Below are positions 11,602-22,928 of a stretch of DNA of 54,785 bases, piece by piece. The translations under genes and the position numbers were made by a program. The notes beneath the pieces were generated by a model. That model saw only the letters and a list, made by a program, of their open reading frames with translations, made no database searches and was not told the origin of the DNA. Source of the DNA: Basidiobolus meristosporus CBS 931.73 (lineage: Eukaryota; Fungi; Basidiobolomycota); assembly GCA_002104905.1 (NCBI GenBank), contig MCFE01000598.1:1-54785 (forward strand), written 5' to 3'. Numbering within the stretch: the stretch's first letter is position 1; each line of letters starts with the position of its first letter.

Positions 11602-12393
11602 ATGAATGTGCATGAAACCGCTGCAAAGGGCTTTGAGTTGGACACAAATGCATATGAAACAGCACGTCCCAGCTATCCTCCTGAGGCGATCGAACTTCTG
11701 CGAACGAAGCTGGGCCTTAAATCTGGCGAGTCACGTGTTTTGGACCTAGGAGCGGGGACGGGAATATTCACTCGTCTGCTGCAGCCATTCAATTATGACT
11801 TGGTGGCTGTAGAACCAGCGGCCAACATGAGAGCCAAGTTCTCTCAGGTGCTTCCTGACGTTCCAATCTTGGAGGGCACAGCCTGGAAAATTCCAGTGGA
11901 AGATAGCTCGTTGGATGTTGTCTTTGTTGCTCAGGCCTTTCACTGGTTCAGTGATGTCGCTGCCATCCAAGAGTTCAGCAGAGTGTTGAAACCAAACGGT
12001 TACCTAGCTCTGATATGGAACTTGGAAGACAGAGCTCAAGCCAAATGGGTTGGGGCCATCAGAGATATTTATGAAAAGCATGAACGTGGCTCACCCCAGT
12101 ACCGGTTGGGCTTGTGGAGAAAAGTATTCGAGACCGAAGAATATCGCCGCCTCTTTGACCCACCCACTGAAGCCCATTTGCAACGTGAGGTATTGTCAGA
12201 TAAACAGACCATTTGGACCCGTATATCCAGCAAGAGCTATGTCGCATCGCTGGATGCCAAGCAGAAGGAAACCTTGAAGCAACAAATCTTGGACACGCTC
12301 AACTCTGCGGAGGACATGGAGATAGACAAGGAGTCAGGTCTTGTCAAATTCCCGTACGTTACTGACATCGTGTGGTGTCAAAAACGAGCTTAA
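11602..12393 (+). CDS. Class I SAM-dependent methyltransferase, copy B
   Basis: 263-aa ORF that differs from copy A by 3 nt over about 800 bp, at an offset of 1348 bp. Confidence 0.9.
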   Translation: MNVHETAAKGFELDTNAYETARPSYPPEAIELLRTKLGLKSGESRVLDLGAGTGIFTRLLQPFNYDLVAVEPAANMRAKFSQVLPDVPILEGTAWKIPVEDSSLDVVFVAQAFHWFSDVAAIQEFSRVLKPNGYLALIWNLEDRAQAKWVGAIRDIYEKHERGSPQYRLGLWRKVFETEEYRRLFDPPTEAHLQREVLSDKQTIWTRISSKSYVASLDAKQKETLKQQILDTLNSAEDMEIDKESGLVKFPYVTDIVWCQKRA

Positions 12394-12499
12394 CAACAAG
12401 CATGGAAGTAAAAGGGCAATCGGATTCGTCTATGAGGTTCTTTTATTATTTACAAGTTAAGCTCTAATTAAGTCTACAGTGTAGATTTTTGTATGGTGT

Positions 12500-12721
12500 C
12501 TACCACCAAGTGTATTCGCCAATTTTGGAGTTGGGATTATATGCGGTTGTTGTCCTCATCACAGGGTTCGATTGATACCTGGCGGCGTATTCCTCGTTGG
12601 TAATGCTGGTAAGGAAATATCCCAGTCCCACAGCGGCGACACCAGTGACGGCTGTTAGCGGTAAGATTACTTGGGTTCCTAAGGACTTGGTGACCGGGCT
12701 GCGAAGTAAAAGTGTGGACAT
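12500..12721 (-). CDS. 73-aa single-pass membrane microprotein, hypothetical
   Basis: MSTLLLRSPVTKSLGTQVILPLTAVTGVAAVGLGYFLTS...EYTWW*. It has an acid-free N-terminus, a hydrophobic segment and a decayed paralog at 11152-11296. Confidence 0.6.
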   Translation of the reverse strand: MSTLLLRSPVTKSLGTQVILPLTAVTGVAAVGLGYFLTSITNEEYAARYQSNPVMRTTTAYNPNSKIGEYTWW

Positions 12722-13264
12722 TTCAAAGATGCTCCAACTGCGGGCAACTGTAAGATATTTATACATGCTGGATCTCTAAATTATCGGCCAGCCAACAATA
12801 GACTCTGTAGGAAGTTTGGATCTAGGTTAGGCCCAATTGGCCAAGTCTAGACTATATAGTATCCGAAGATCAAGGTGATAAGGAATTGGGCTAGGGTTTT
12901 TTAGGGTTTTCCACTCCAATTGATTTGGTTTTTGAAGGTGATTGATCTGTTTCCGTCATGCGAGCACTGCTACTGGGGATGGATCTGGACGCTGATTATC
13001 CATGTATCAGCGATTAGTCCCATCGATAAACGGGAAAATGTTCCGAGTGTTATAGGTGCTTTACTTATTCAGCATTATTTTATTCTGGATCGCTTCACAT
13101 TTCTGACTCTTGGTGGAATTCTTTGTTTGGTGTTTTCAACAGTAGCTATCAAGGAATGGTGGTCTTCATGCTGGCATATGTTGGTAATGATATATCAATG
13201 GGCGACTTTTTTCAAAATATTGCCGCCATTTTTTCTTGGGTTCTATCACCCAAAACTCATTACC

Positions 13265-13510
13265 AAGAGAGAATGTTTGTATTTCTGTATAGCAAGGAAT
13301 GCTACATACAAGCACTCTGCAGCCAGGCTGTTGAAAAATATACAAAACAAAAGGCAATGTAGCAACCATCTTTTTAAACGTGAGTATACCTGTTGCATAC
13401 TGAGTGTTGTTAGAGTTTTGGAGATGTTGGAAGTGATTGGGAGAACAAGTAGATTGTGTGGTTTTCACCTTATGTTTATTGGATGTAGAGATGATATTTA
13501 AGCTTTTAAA
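13265..13510 (-). mobile_element. Copia LTR end plus adjoining internal remnant
   Basis: 13405-13500 matches the reverse LTR. 13265-13440 is the reverse complement of about 17510-17690. Confidence 0.65.
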
Positions 13511-14244
13511 ACATGTAGAATGTGTTAGCAACACTTGCTTCAGCTTGAGATTTCGTTATTCAACAAATCTATAGTAATATATTTCATACTTCTCTTATAA
13601 CCACATAGTACGCTGCTCTTTTTCTCTGCATTTCCCTTAAGCCCCCCCCCCCCGAAAGCCTCGCGTACAGTATACCGTCAGTCAAATAGTGAGCCAAGTT
13701 CTGAGTCTCTTCAATGCTGATACACTAAAAACGAACAATGTATCTGATTTGGACAATATCTTGCCGATTGACGAACGGACTAGCCAAGGAATCATAAACA
13801 GTCTGGATATAGAAACTATTCATCTGCTTTCTTGGCATAAATTAGGGGAATGGTTTCCTCTAAACGGCCAAAGCTTATCACCAAGTTTGCACTGATGATA
13901 TCCATGTTTGTACAACACGAGGAATCAGATTATATGGAGAATCGATGGATAAATTCGGAGGGCAATGCAGCCTATTGCAGGGATTTTGATTACCTCGGTA
14001 ACAATGCGCAAATGATGATTGAGCCTACCAATCCCGTATCCCAACTAACAATCAAGGCAATGTTTGCCGTGAAATGAATCCCGTTTCCTAACCGAAGCAT
14101 GTGGTTGACAACCAAGTATGGGATTGGATGTGGAGTAAATATAGAAATTAGGGGTTTATTAGTCAGGATATATGGTCAAGTTTACAACACCACTGCGGTG
14201 GTTTAGAGAAGAAAAATTACAACGAGATGAGGGACGCGGGCGAT

Positions 14245-15459
14245 CTAAATCATGATGGACTGGAACCATCTATCCTGAAAGATCTCATCCACGGTGATAC
14301 GCGTGTCAGGGTTGGGGTCCAGCATCTTACGAATTAATGGGAACGCCGCCTCAGGGATGCGTGTGAATGACTCGCCATTCTTGCGGAATTCAAGGTACAT
14401 CTCGTAATTTTTGACCGAGGGTTTAGCCATGTCCCATGGGAACTTCCTGAGGACCATGCAGAGATAGATGATGCCTGCTGACCAGATGTCAGCCTTGGCT
14501 GCGTCGTATGGTCGACCGTCGAACACCTCTGGTGCTATGTATGGATCGGAGCCGGTTAGCTCGCTGGCTTTGGCTCGGTTCCCTTCGCTTAAGGGATCCA
14601 GGAAGATGAAGGCGCACCCGAAGTCAATGATCTTTAAGGTTCCGTTTTCATCCACACAGAGATTCTCAAGTTTAAGATCTCTGTGCGCCACCCCGCGGTG
14701 GTGCAAGTAGGCAAGTCCGCGCATCAACTGGCTGAAGTAAATATCGATCTCCTGCTGAGTCAGCTGGTTCTCCTTGACAACAGTGAACATGTCCTGAGGG
14801 CAGTATTCCATCACCTCGTGGATCTCATTGTTCTCCATGATGACATCCAGAGTCTGGATGACATTTTCATGAACCAGGGAGGCGGTGATGTAAACCTCAT
14901 TGCTGACCCACTCGTAATAGCGGTGCTCGTCTTCGTCAGGCCTCTTGGCACGGAAGCTTTTGACGGCGTATTTCCTGCCTGTGCGTGGACAGTAGGTTTG
15001 TCGAACGCCACCACCGGCTCCACTGCAGATGTCATTGGTGTAATCACCATACAGCTGATTGATGGATGGGGCGTTTCGCTTTCTTAGCGCGTCCAGCAGT
15101 GGCATGTAATCATTGGAGCGGGCCTTGGACTCGTGCTGTGATTTCAGGTGCTTCTTGCGCAGACTGAAGAATCCGAACTTCTTTTGCTGAGTTGATTTGC
15201 GATCCTTCTTGCTATCTCTGAACACAAATCTACTGGGGACTTTATATAGGGAGGACATGCCGGCGGTGAAGCAATCGTCCGAGGGAGTGGTTGTGCTGGT
15301 GTCGAGGTGGGTAGAGCTGTCGCAAGGGCCGGTGGAGTACTGACTGGCCAGACTTTCCTGTGAGTGGTATGGAATGTGGATCCCCTTGTTGGGAGCCTCG
15401 TGGTAGAGATGTAGATGGGAAAGCATTGGATACGAAGCTATCGGCGATTTGGAAGGCAT
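14245..15459 (-). CDS. NPR/HAL-family Ser/Thr protein kinase, copy 1, intronless
   Basis: 404-aa ORF with YAVK, HENVIQTLD, HRDLKLENL, DFG, GSDPYIAPE and DIWSAG. GSxPYIAPE is typical of the Npr1/Hal5/Sat4/Hrk1 family. Confidence 0.9.
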   Translation of the reverse strand: MPSKSPIASYPMLSHLHLYHEAPNKGIHIPYHSQESLASQYSTGPCDSSTHLDTSTTTPSDDCFTAGMSSLYKVPSRFVFRDSKKDRKSTQQKKFGFFSLRKKHLKSQHESKARSNDYMPLLDALRKRNAPSINQLYGDYTNDICSGAGGGVRQTYCPRTGRKYAVKSFRAKRPDEDEHRYYEWVSNEVYITASLVHENVIQTLDVIMENNEIHEVMEYCPQDMFTVVKENQLTQQEIDIYFSQLMRGLAYLHHRGVAHRDLKLENLCVDENGTLKIIDFGCAFIFLDPLSEGNRAKASELTGSDPYIAPEVFDGRPYDAAKADIWSAGIIYLCMVLRKFPWDMAKPSVKNYEMYLEFRKNGESFTRIPEAAFPLIRKMLDPNPDTRITVDEIFQDRWFQSIMI

Positions 15460-15960
15460 TTGGAGTCTCTCTTAGTTCTTCAGTGTTGATTTGAACAGTA
15501 AAGATGGCTCTCACCCAGCGGACCACAAGGACTTTTATACCTCATCCCAATCTATCCATCACACGGTGACGATAACCAATCGAGGTTTAAGTATATTGTC
15601 CGAATATCGGAGAGTGCGTCGGCTAGGAAGATATCCCTCGGCACGGAATGCCATCGGACCCAAGGGAGGGGAGGGATGATGGTAAGCCAGCGCTTGTGCA
15701 ATACATAAGAGTGATAATAATCACCAAAAATGGAAGTGTCCAATTTATCCGCTCCCCAGGATTACCACTGATATCCGACAGAAAGGAATTCCAAGGATTG
15801 ATTCTATTTTTATTCGTGAGTCATATAGCGATGTTGAATGGATGAGCTAATCCACTTCCCGTGGACACGTGTGGGCAATGATGGGTTCGTTGGTTTGGGC
15901 CTAAAAACGCATGCCCATCACTATATCGATACCCATATCACCAACACTAACTGAATACAC

Positions 15961-16021
15961 ATCTATGGGAGTCAAAGGTGCTTGGGAATGAATACATATC
16001 TACGGGAGTTGAAGGTGCTTG
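15961..16021. repeat. 24-bp imperfect direct repeat with 37-bp period upstream of kinase 1
   Basis: atctatgggagtcaaaggtgcttg and atctacgggagttgaaggtgcttg. Confidence 0.75.
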
Positions 16022-17329
16022 AGGCGGTAGTGACCTCAACACTGGCATCGTACAACATCCTCCGGCACCCGGATATTGCATTTCAGCGGACGATGGCTAA
16101 CCATTACAAATAGTGATCAAGCTTCGTGTGACTAGCCTTTGCACCATAGATGGTGTGCCCCAGGGACCAGGATCAAAGGGTTTGGATAAGCAAATAGTCG
16201 CATCATGCAAGGTTGCTATGGAGTTATTATAGCAATGTCGACACCAGGGTTGTCGATGGCTATTTCTACTTGGCCCTCTGACCATGGATGTATGGATCTC
16301 ACTTTGGAATACGGGCATATATCATATACCACGATTGCATGCTCGTGCTAGATTCTTCGATGGTTCCGTAAGTTTAGCATGGTTGGGTCTAGTGGGTAGG
16401 ATGCAGGATGTAGGATGTTTTCGTAATCAAAAAATCGGTTGAGGACCGAAAATTCATCAAAAATTCCAACCTCAATTTCCGCTCCAGGGACCAATCAAAA
16501 CCAGCAGGGTACCATCGTTCATCTCAATCTGTGTCCAAAATTTATCGGTATCAAGTATTCCATATGAGTAAGTGGTTGTCATGCAGTAGCGAGTTGCCCT
16601 GGGAACATGGTGATGAATCAGAACCATTGCGCTTTCACATGTTGGTTTGGTGCATGGAAGTAAGTAGAGCATCATAAAAGTAAGGATGGTTCTGCTTTGT
16701 CCCAGGTTGCTGTGTGCACAGTTTGGGTCTTTCATACATCACAGAATCAGTAAACATCATATGAAATGAATCCAGGCCAAGTAGGTACTTCGGCCTTATA
16801 AATAATTATCGCGCTCAATTGATCAACAAGTTGAGCCGATCTCGATCCATTAATACAATTTACAAGTTGGAATTTCGGCTGGATTATGTTGTGATTAGCT
16901 AGCGAAACAAATGTTTCTACTTCAAGTACCCACATTCTCGAATATTCTCTAGGAAAAATGGTTTCGGAGATTTAGAAATTCGATGAATTAAGGAAATCCT
17001 GGATCTACCAACTAGCAAATCTGTTCTGAAGATCCGAAACCTTGAACACTAACTCTTGGGACTTCGCTCAAATATTCACATCATCAATCGATGACTTGAA
17101 AATACCTCGAAAACTATACCATTTTTCCCTCACAAACATTTCCAAATCTCATGACTATCTGGCAATTGCGTTTAGGGAATTCCCACCTTTTACCATGGTG
17201 AAGAATATTTTAAATTTCTTACATACACCTGGACATTTACATTTGTTGTAAATGTCGTATTTGCGCCGAAATAGTTCCATAATTCATCAAGTTGCTTAGG
17301 TGATAGACTATGAACTTCACTATTTCCTG

Positions 17330-18875
17330 CCCGAACTCTCTGTCGGGATTTACTTCAAACATTTTCACCAAAATACCAGATACCCAGTACATAGATTTCT
17401 TTTCAGTTGTACAAGAGACTCCAAACATTGCGCACAAGCGTTTGGGACCTTTCTAGGAAAGACAGATGTACCACTTTGACCATCAAAAAATCATCAAGCA
17501 AAAACCATCTAGTCGCAATGTACTCCCAATCACTTTCAGCATCTGCAAAGCACTAACAACACTCAGTATGGACTAGGCATACACACATTCAAAAGGCACA
17601 TAGTTGCATTGCTTTTGGTCTTGTACATTTATCAGCAGCCTAGCTAGGGAGTGCTAATATGCAGCATTCCTTGATATACAGAACTAAACATATCATAATG
17701 TTATATCCAAGATGACTACAACACAATTCATTTAGTCTACAAGCCCCAATATTTCCCAACTCGACTATCTTACAGGAATTTCATAAGAAATATCCATGAG
17801 AATGTAAGTGTTGTAGGTTCTATAGTGACACTTAAGTACTAACCTAACTTAGTCAAGTATATCATGTTGTAAGAGTCTTGAAGATACTGGAAGTGATTGG
17901 CAGAACAAGTAGATTATGAAGTTTTCATTTGATGGCTTTTGAATGTAAAGGTAGTGTTTATACTTTTACATAGTCTTGGCATAGCAAACATGTAGAATAG
18001 GTTTAGGAAGGTCCCAAGAGCATGTGTGCAGCATTTGGGGCTGTTTGGCCAACTGATCTAATTTCATGTTCTGGGTACATGATATTTTGGTGAATATTGT
18101 TGTAAAAATTTAGAATTCCACCTAAATATTCACCTAACTTAGTCACTTAGATCATTAACTTCAAATCCTAGAGAATGCTGACCAAATTCCTTGTTGGGAT
18201 TTACTTAGAATATTTACCCAGAACATGAAAATTCTCAAAGTTGCCCAAACAGCCCCAATCTTTGCACACATGTTCTTGGGATCTTCCTTAATCTACTCTA
18301 CATGTATGTTATGCCAAGACCATGTAAAAGTATAAATGCTACTCTTATACTCAACAAATTATTAAGTGAAAACCACATAATCTGCTTGTTCTCCCAAATC
18401 ACTTCCAATATCTCCAAGACTCTTACAACATTTTCACCAGAGCTTCAGGTACTTGGAGAATGAAAACTCTCAAAGCTATCTCTATAGCCTCAAGCTTGGC
18501 ACACAGGCTTTTAGAGTCCTTCTAGACTAATATCATGTGCTTGTTTTGCCAAGGTCATGTCAGAGTGGAAATACAACATTTACATTCAGTGAATTATTAA
18601 GTAAAATTGGAACAATCTAATGGTTCTCCTAGTCATTGCCATGACTCAAAACCTATCCCAACAAGTCATGGGCCCTGAGCTGTCACTTTCTGAGCTCTCA
18701 CTCTGTTAGCTGCCTACTACTGCTACTAATGATGCCACCAGAGTTTTGTAAATATTGAAATTGATTGCAAGACAAGTAGGTTATGTGGCTTCCACTCAAT
18801 GAACCACTGAATGAAAAGGTGGCTTTTATTCTTTTACATGCTCTAGGCAAGGAAGCCACAAAGAACATGTTTTGA
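17330..18875. mobile_element. Nested cluster of copia LTR fragments
   Basis: Reverse LTR at 17865-18097, forward LTR at 18098-18430 (TGTTG...CAACA), and further fragments at about 17330-17460, 17500-17560 and 18740-18870. Confidence 0.75.
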
Positions 18876-20335
18876 TGACTGTGCAAACAAAACACAACAC
18901 TGATGGTACAATTGAAAGATACAAAGTAAGACCTCTGGCCAAACAATCCTCACAAACAAAAGGACCTAATTGAGTCCTTTGCACCAGTAGCCAAGTTTGA
19001 TTCTATCTGATTAGTATTAGCTATTTCAGCCAAATATACATTTTTTACTCATCAAATGAGTGTGAGAACTGCACTCCTGAGTAGGGAACTTGATGAGTAC
19101 ATGTAAATGAACCAGTCTGATGGGCTTGTTGACTAAGATAACCCTCATTTGGTCTGCAAGCTTAAAAAATTTCTGTATGGTGCATACAATCACCAAGAGC
19201 CTTGAATTGCAAGATAGATTGTTATTTGGAATATTTGAGCTTCCAAAGGGGGTACTGCTGACTATAGTATCTACTATATGCTAGATATAGCAAATCCTGA
19301 TCTAGCAGCTCCTTGTGTGGATGATCTGTTTATAGCTACCAACAACTTGGAAACATTGGAGAGATAAAATTCAACAAATCCAAGGATCTCAAGATGTCCA
19401 ATCTAGGAGAGCTCAGTTACTTCTTAGGGAAGTGGGTCTCCATAGAGAGTAGTACCCAGACTATTACCCTAAGCAAATCTAAGAATATTCAAGATATTCT
19501 AAAGAAATATCCAATGGAATACTGTAAACCAACAGCTACCCCAATGTAGACAAACCTTAGCTTGGCTAAAACACAACCAAACCAAGAGAGCTTGGTGCCA
19601 TCTGAAAGCCCAAAATTCCCTTACTAATCTATGGTCAGCAGCCTAATGTATATAATGCTTGGAACATGTACCTACATCTCATAATCAGTGGGAATTTTCA
19701 GCCAGTATAATAAGAACTATGGAACTGATCATTCTGCAGCAGTTAAGCAGATTCTTAGATACCTAAAAGGTGTTATAAGAGTCTTGGAGATATTGGAAGT
19801 GATTGGGAGGAAAAGTAGATTATGTGGTTTTCACTTAATGATTTATTGAATATACAAGTAGTATTTATACTTTTACATGGTCTTGGCATTACAAACATGT
19901 AGAATAGGTTAAGGAAGGTACCAAGAACATGTGTGCAAAGTTTGGGCTGTTTGGACACTTACCTAATTTTCATGTTCTAGGTAAATATTCTAAGTAAATC
20001 CCAACAAGGAATTTGGTCAGTATTCCCTAGGAATTGAAGATAATGATCCAAGTGACTAAGTTAGGTGGATATTTAGGTGGAATTACAAATTTTTACAACA
20101 GATTAACAATGTGTACAATTAGGTATATATCCAACTTCTCATGCTAGAACTAAGCACATAAATATTAGACATCATTTCATATGTGAAGCTATAGATAGTT
20201 ACTTAGTAAGCTTAGTTTACTCTGCCAAAGATGAAATGATTGCAAACATACTTACAAAACCATTAGCTAGTGACAAATTTAGTATCTTAGGTCAAAAATA
20301 GAACTAGTCAGTATGAACTTTTAATTGAGTGGTAG
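18875..20335 (+). mobile_element. Degenerate Ty1/copia pol remnant (RT and RNase H C-terminus), interrupted by a reverse LTR at 19771-20100
   Basis: Translatable fragments DGTIERYK, FAPVAKFDSI, LVCKLKK, CVDDLFIA (YVDD site), NLGELSYFLG, AVKQILRYLKG, then HARTKHINIRHHF and ANILTKPL. A purine-rich ttgagtggtag directly precedes the LTR start at 20336. Confidence 0.9.
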
Positions 20336-21010
20336 TGTTGTTAGAGTTTGCAATTCCACCTAAGCATTCTCCTAACTTAGTTGCTTAAGTCATTACCTAC
20401 AAATCCTAGAGAATACTTACCAAATTCCTTGTTGGGATTTACTTGGAATATTTTCACCAGAATATTAGGTATCCATAACATGAGAGTTTTCAGAGTTGTC
20501 CCAACAGCCCCAAACTTTACATACATGTTCCTAAGACCTTCCTAGTCATATTCTACATGTTTACTATCCCTAGACTAAGCAAGGCAAACAGGTATGTAGA
20601 GGTCCCAAGAATAGTTGTGCAAAGTTTGGGGTCTTTTGGACAACTTTGACTAAAATCATAATCTGGGTATCTGGTAACTTGGTGAGAATATTCTAAGTAG
20701 ATCCCAACAGAAATTTAGTCAGGTCAGAATGCTAATCACCAAATAAGATCTATGTGACTAAGTTAGCATGATTACTCAGGTAACAACTTAACATACAACA
20801 ACTAGCATATGCAAAAGTTACTACACTATATATAGCCCTCTGGGACTGTTGTCAAACACCAAGAAAATTGTTCATACAATGCTTGCCTGAAAGTACTAGT
20901 TGTCAGTCAATTAGCTGATGCAAGCTATACCCTTATCTATATACTCCAAATTCCTGTTGAGTGCTTGGAGATATTGGAAGTTACTGGGAGGACTAGCAGG
21001 TTTTGCTTAA
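20336..21010. mobile_element. 3' LTR of the copia remnant plus further reverse LTR fragments
   Basis: TGTTG start immediately after the PPT-like sequence. Homologous to 3738-4069 up to about 20570. Reverse fragments at about 20590-20780 and 20955-21010. Confidence 0.75.
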
Positions 21011-22928
21011 TAATTTATTGTGACATGTATGATATATTTAGAAAGACCTCAAGGCACCACATTCAACAATGCAGTAAATACATACATAGCCAGCTAACTA
21101 GATAAGTTATCTACTCACGTAACATTCCCGTTTTCAGCTATCCTTGACTCTAGGATAGTGAACCCGCCATTTCTATGATGTATTTGATTATCATTGTAAT
21201 TTGGCCTGAGAGCTAGGGTGTGATTAGACCTCCGTAAGCTAGCAAGTGAATATCATATGAATTATCTGGTTGCCCAAGAGGTTATATGCAAGGCCACTGC
21301 TGATTTGAGGAAACAGTGTATCTTGCCAATGTGCCTTTCCATATGCCTATTGTAGCTTTCATTCAGGTGAAGCACTATGCCAAGTACTGCTGTATAGCAT
21401 GCAAGCTTCCTGGGTATCACTTCCTATGCCACTATGACCGCTAACTAAAGTAATATGCCAGCCAAGAATTAGAACATCGCCAATGAATTCATTGGCTAGT
21501 AATTGTCAGTTGAGGGGAAATCTCAATAATTCCTCGATGATTACATTTCAGAAGTGTACCAAAAGCTCACGAACTTTTACTGGTTTAGAACATCAAATGT
21601 TTCATCGCTGGGGGTTTCATACCACAGGTTTGGTATGATTTCACCTCGTCATTCATATATATACCAGCATTTCATGGCTATTTGGGCGATTGATGAAATT
21701 GATTTTATAGGAAAGGAGAGATATCCGAAACCACCCACACATCCCAACCCTACCTTTTGGGGGAGAGTCTAGCGATATCAGTCACTAAACACCTCAACAA
21801 CTATATATATACTGCATAATACAACAAACCATTGGTAATGCTTCATCGCCCAGGCTGTAGACTAAAGCCTAAATTGGTTACTTGAACTGTTAGCATACGC
21901 ATTGAGTACGTTCATCGAGGTACATATATTAGCCGATCCCAACATTCTCGATAGTGTCCAGGGTACATGCATAGGCTTCGTGTTAGGGATTCTCGTGCCA
22001 ATTGGGTCTTGGCTATCTACTGGCTAAGAGACATTAATGCTACCAACTGCCAGGAGAAGATAAGAGATTGGTAGAAATTCTTTACCTAAAAGGTCGGTTG
22101 GGGTATGGAAGAATGATGGTAGGTATGATTACCTCGATTCTGGTAAAATCCATAAGTTCTTGCTACATAGACTAGTGTTGGGTATATATTTAGTAGTGTC
22201 CATGTAGAGAGGGAAGGTTGGGTAGTAGTCGTATTGAAGGGGAGGAATGTGAAAACAATGTTTCCAGCCTCATCCAGCCTTCAGCTCACTATTAATTCTA
22301 CCCAATGGCGCTACGTCTGTCAAATGATAGTAAAAATAGCCTGAGCAGTGTCACACCTCACTGTTTCATTGTCTGTGAGACCCGCCAGCGCCCTTAAATC
22401 TCCGAGCCTCATTGAATTCCGAGCGGTCCATTACAGAATAAGCAAATGAGGTCCATTCATTGGACTTGGGCTCGAGGGTCAAATCAACGCAACAATCATT
22501 CATATCATTGGCCTATGCCCATCATACCACGAGGAACAGTCAGTGTCCATTCACCTTGCTGCAGTCGCACCCAATGATGCTGCCTATATGACTCACGTAG
22601 CTGCTAATTAGAAATCCCGAGGCCTCAATGACAACCTTGTTGCTGAGGATACCACCCATAACGGCAAAACATTTTAACTCCTGATAATACGGATAACCAC
22701 CAATGAACCAGGTACGCATTTCCCCTTGCCGGATATGCTCCACTTGCGCTTGCTTCGAGAGCTGCGCAAAGCAAAAGGGTATTGCCGAGTGATGTGATGT
22801 ATGTAGTGATTTATTGTGAGGTAGCATTAATGATTAGGATTCTATGCTGTACGGTTGATGTTACAAATGTTACAATGTCTACGGGGAAATTTTACAGTGG
22901 AAATGGTCGAGGTGAGGGAGATGGATGA

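Noticed and set aside
627-12393. Secondary-metabolite biosynthetic gene cluster
   Set aside because: No NRPS, PKS, terpene or RiPP precursor gene is visible. Kept only as a weak neighbourhood hypothesis.
12920-13534. 193-aa and overlapping ORFs as genes
   Set aside because: They overlap a copia LTR and internal remnant homologous to 17510-17690 and show no protein motifs.
13689-14077. Two short plus-strand ORFs as a gene
   Set aside because: No convincing splice sites or recognisable domain, so it cannot be supported.
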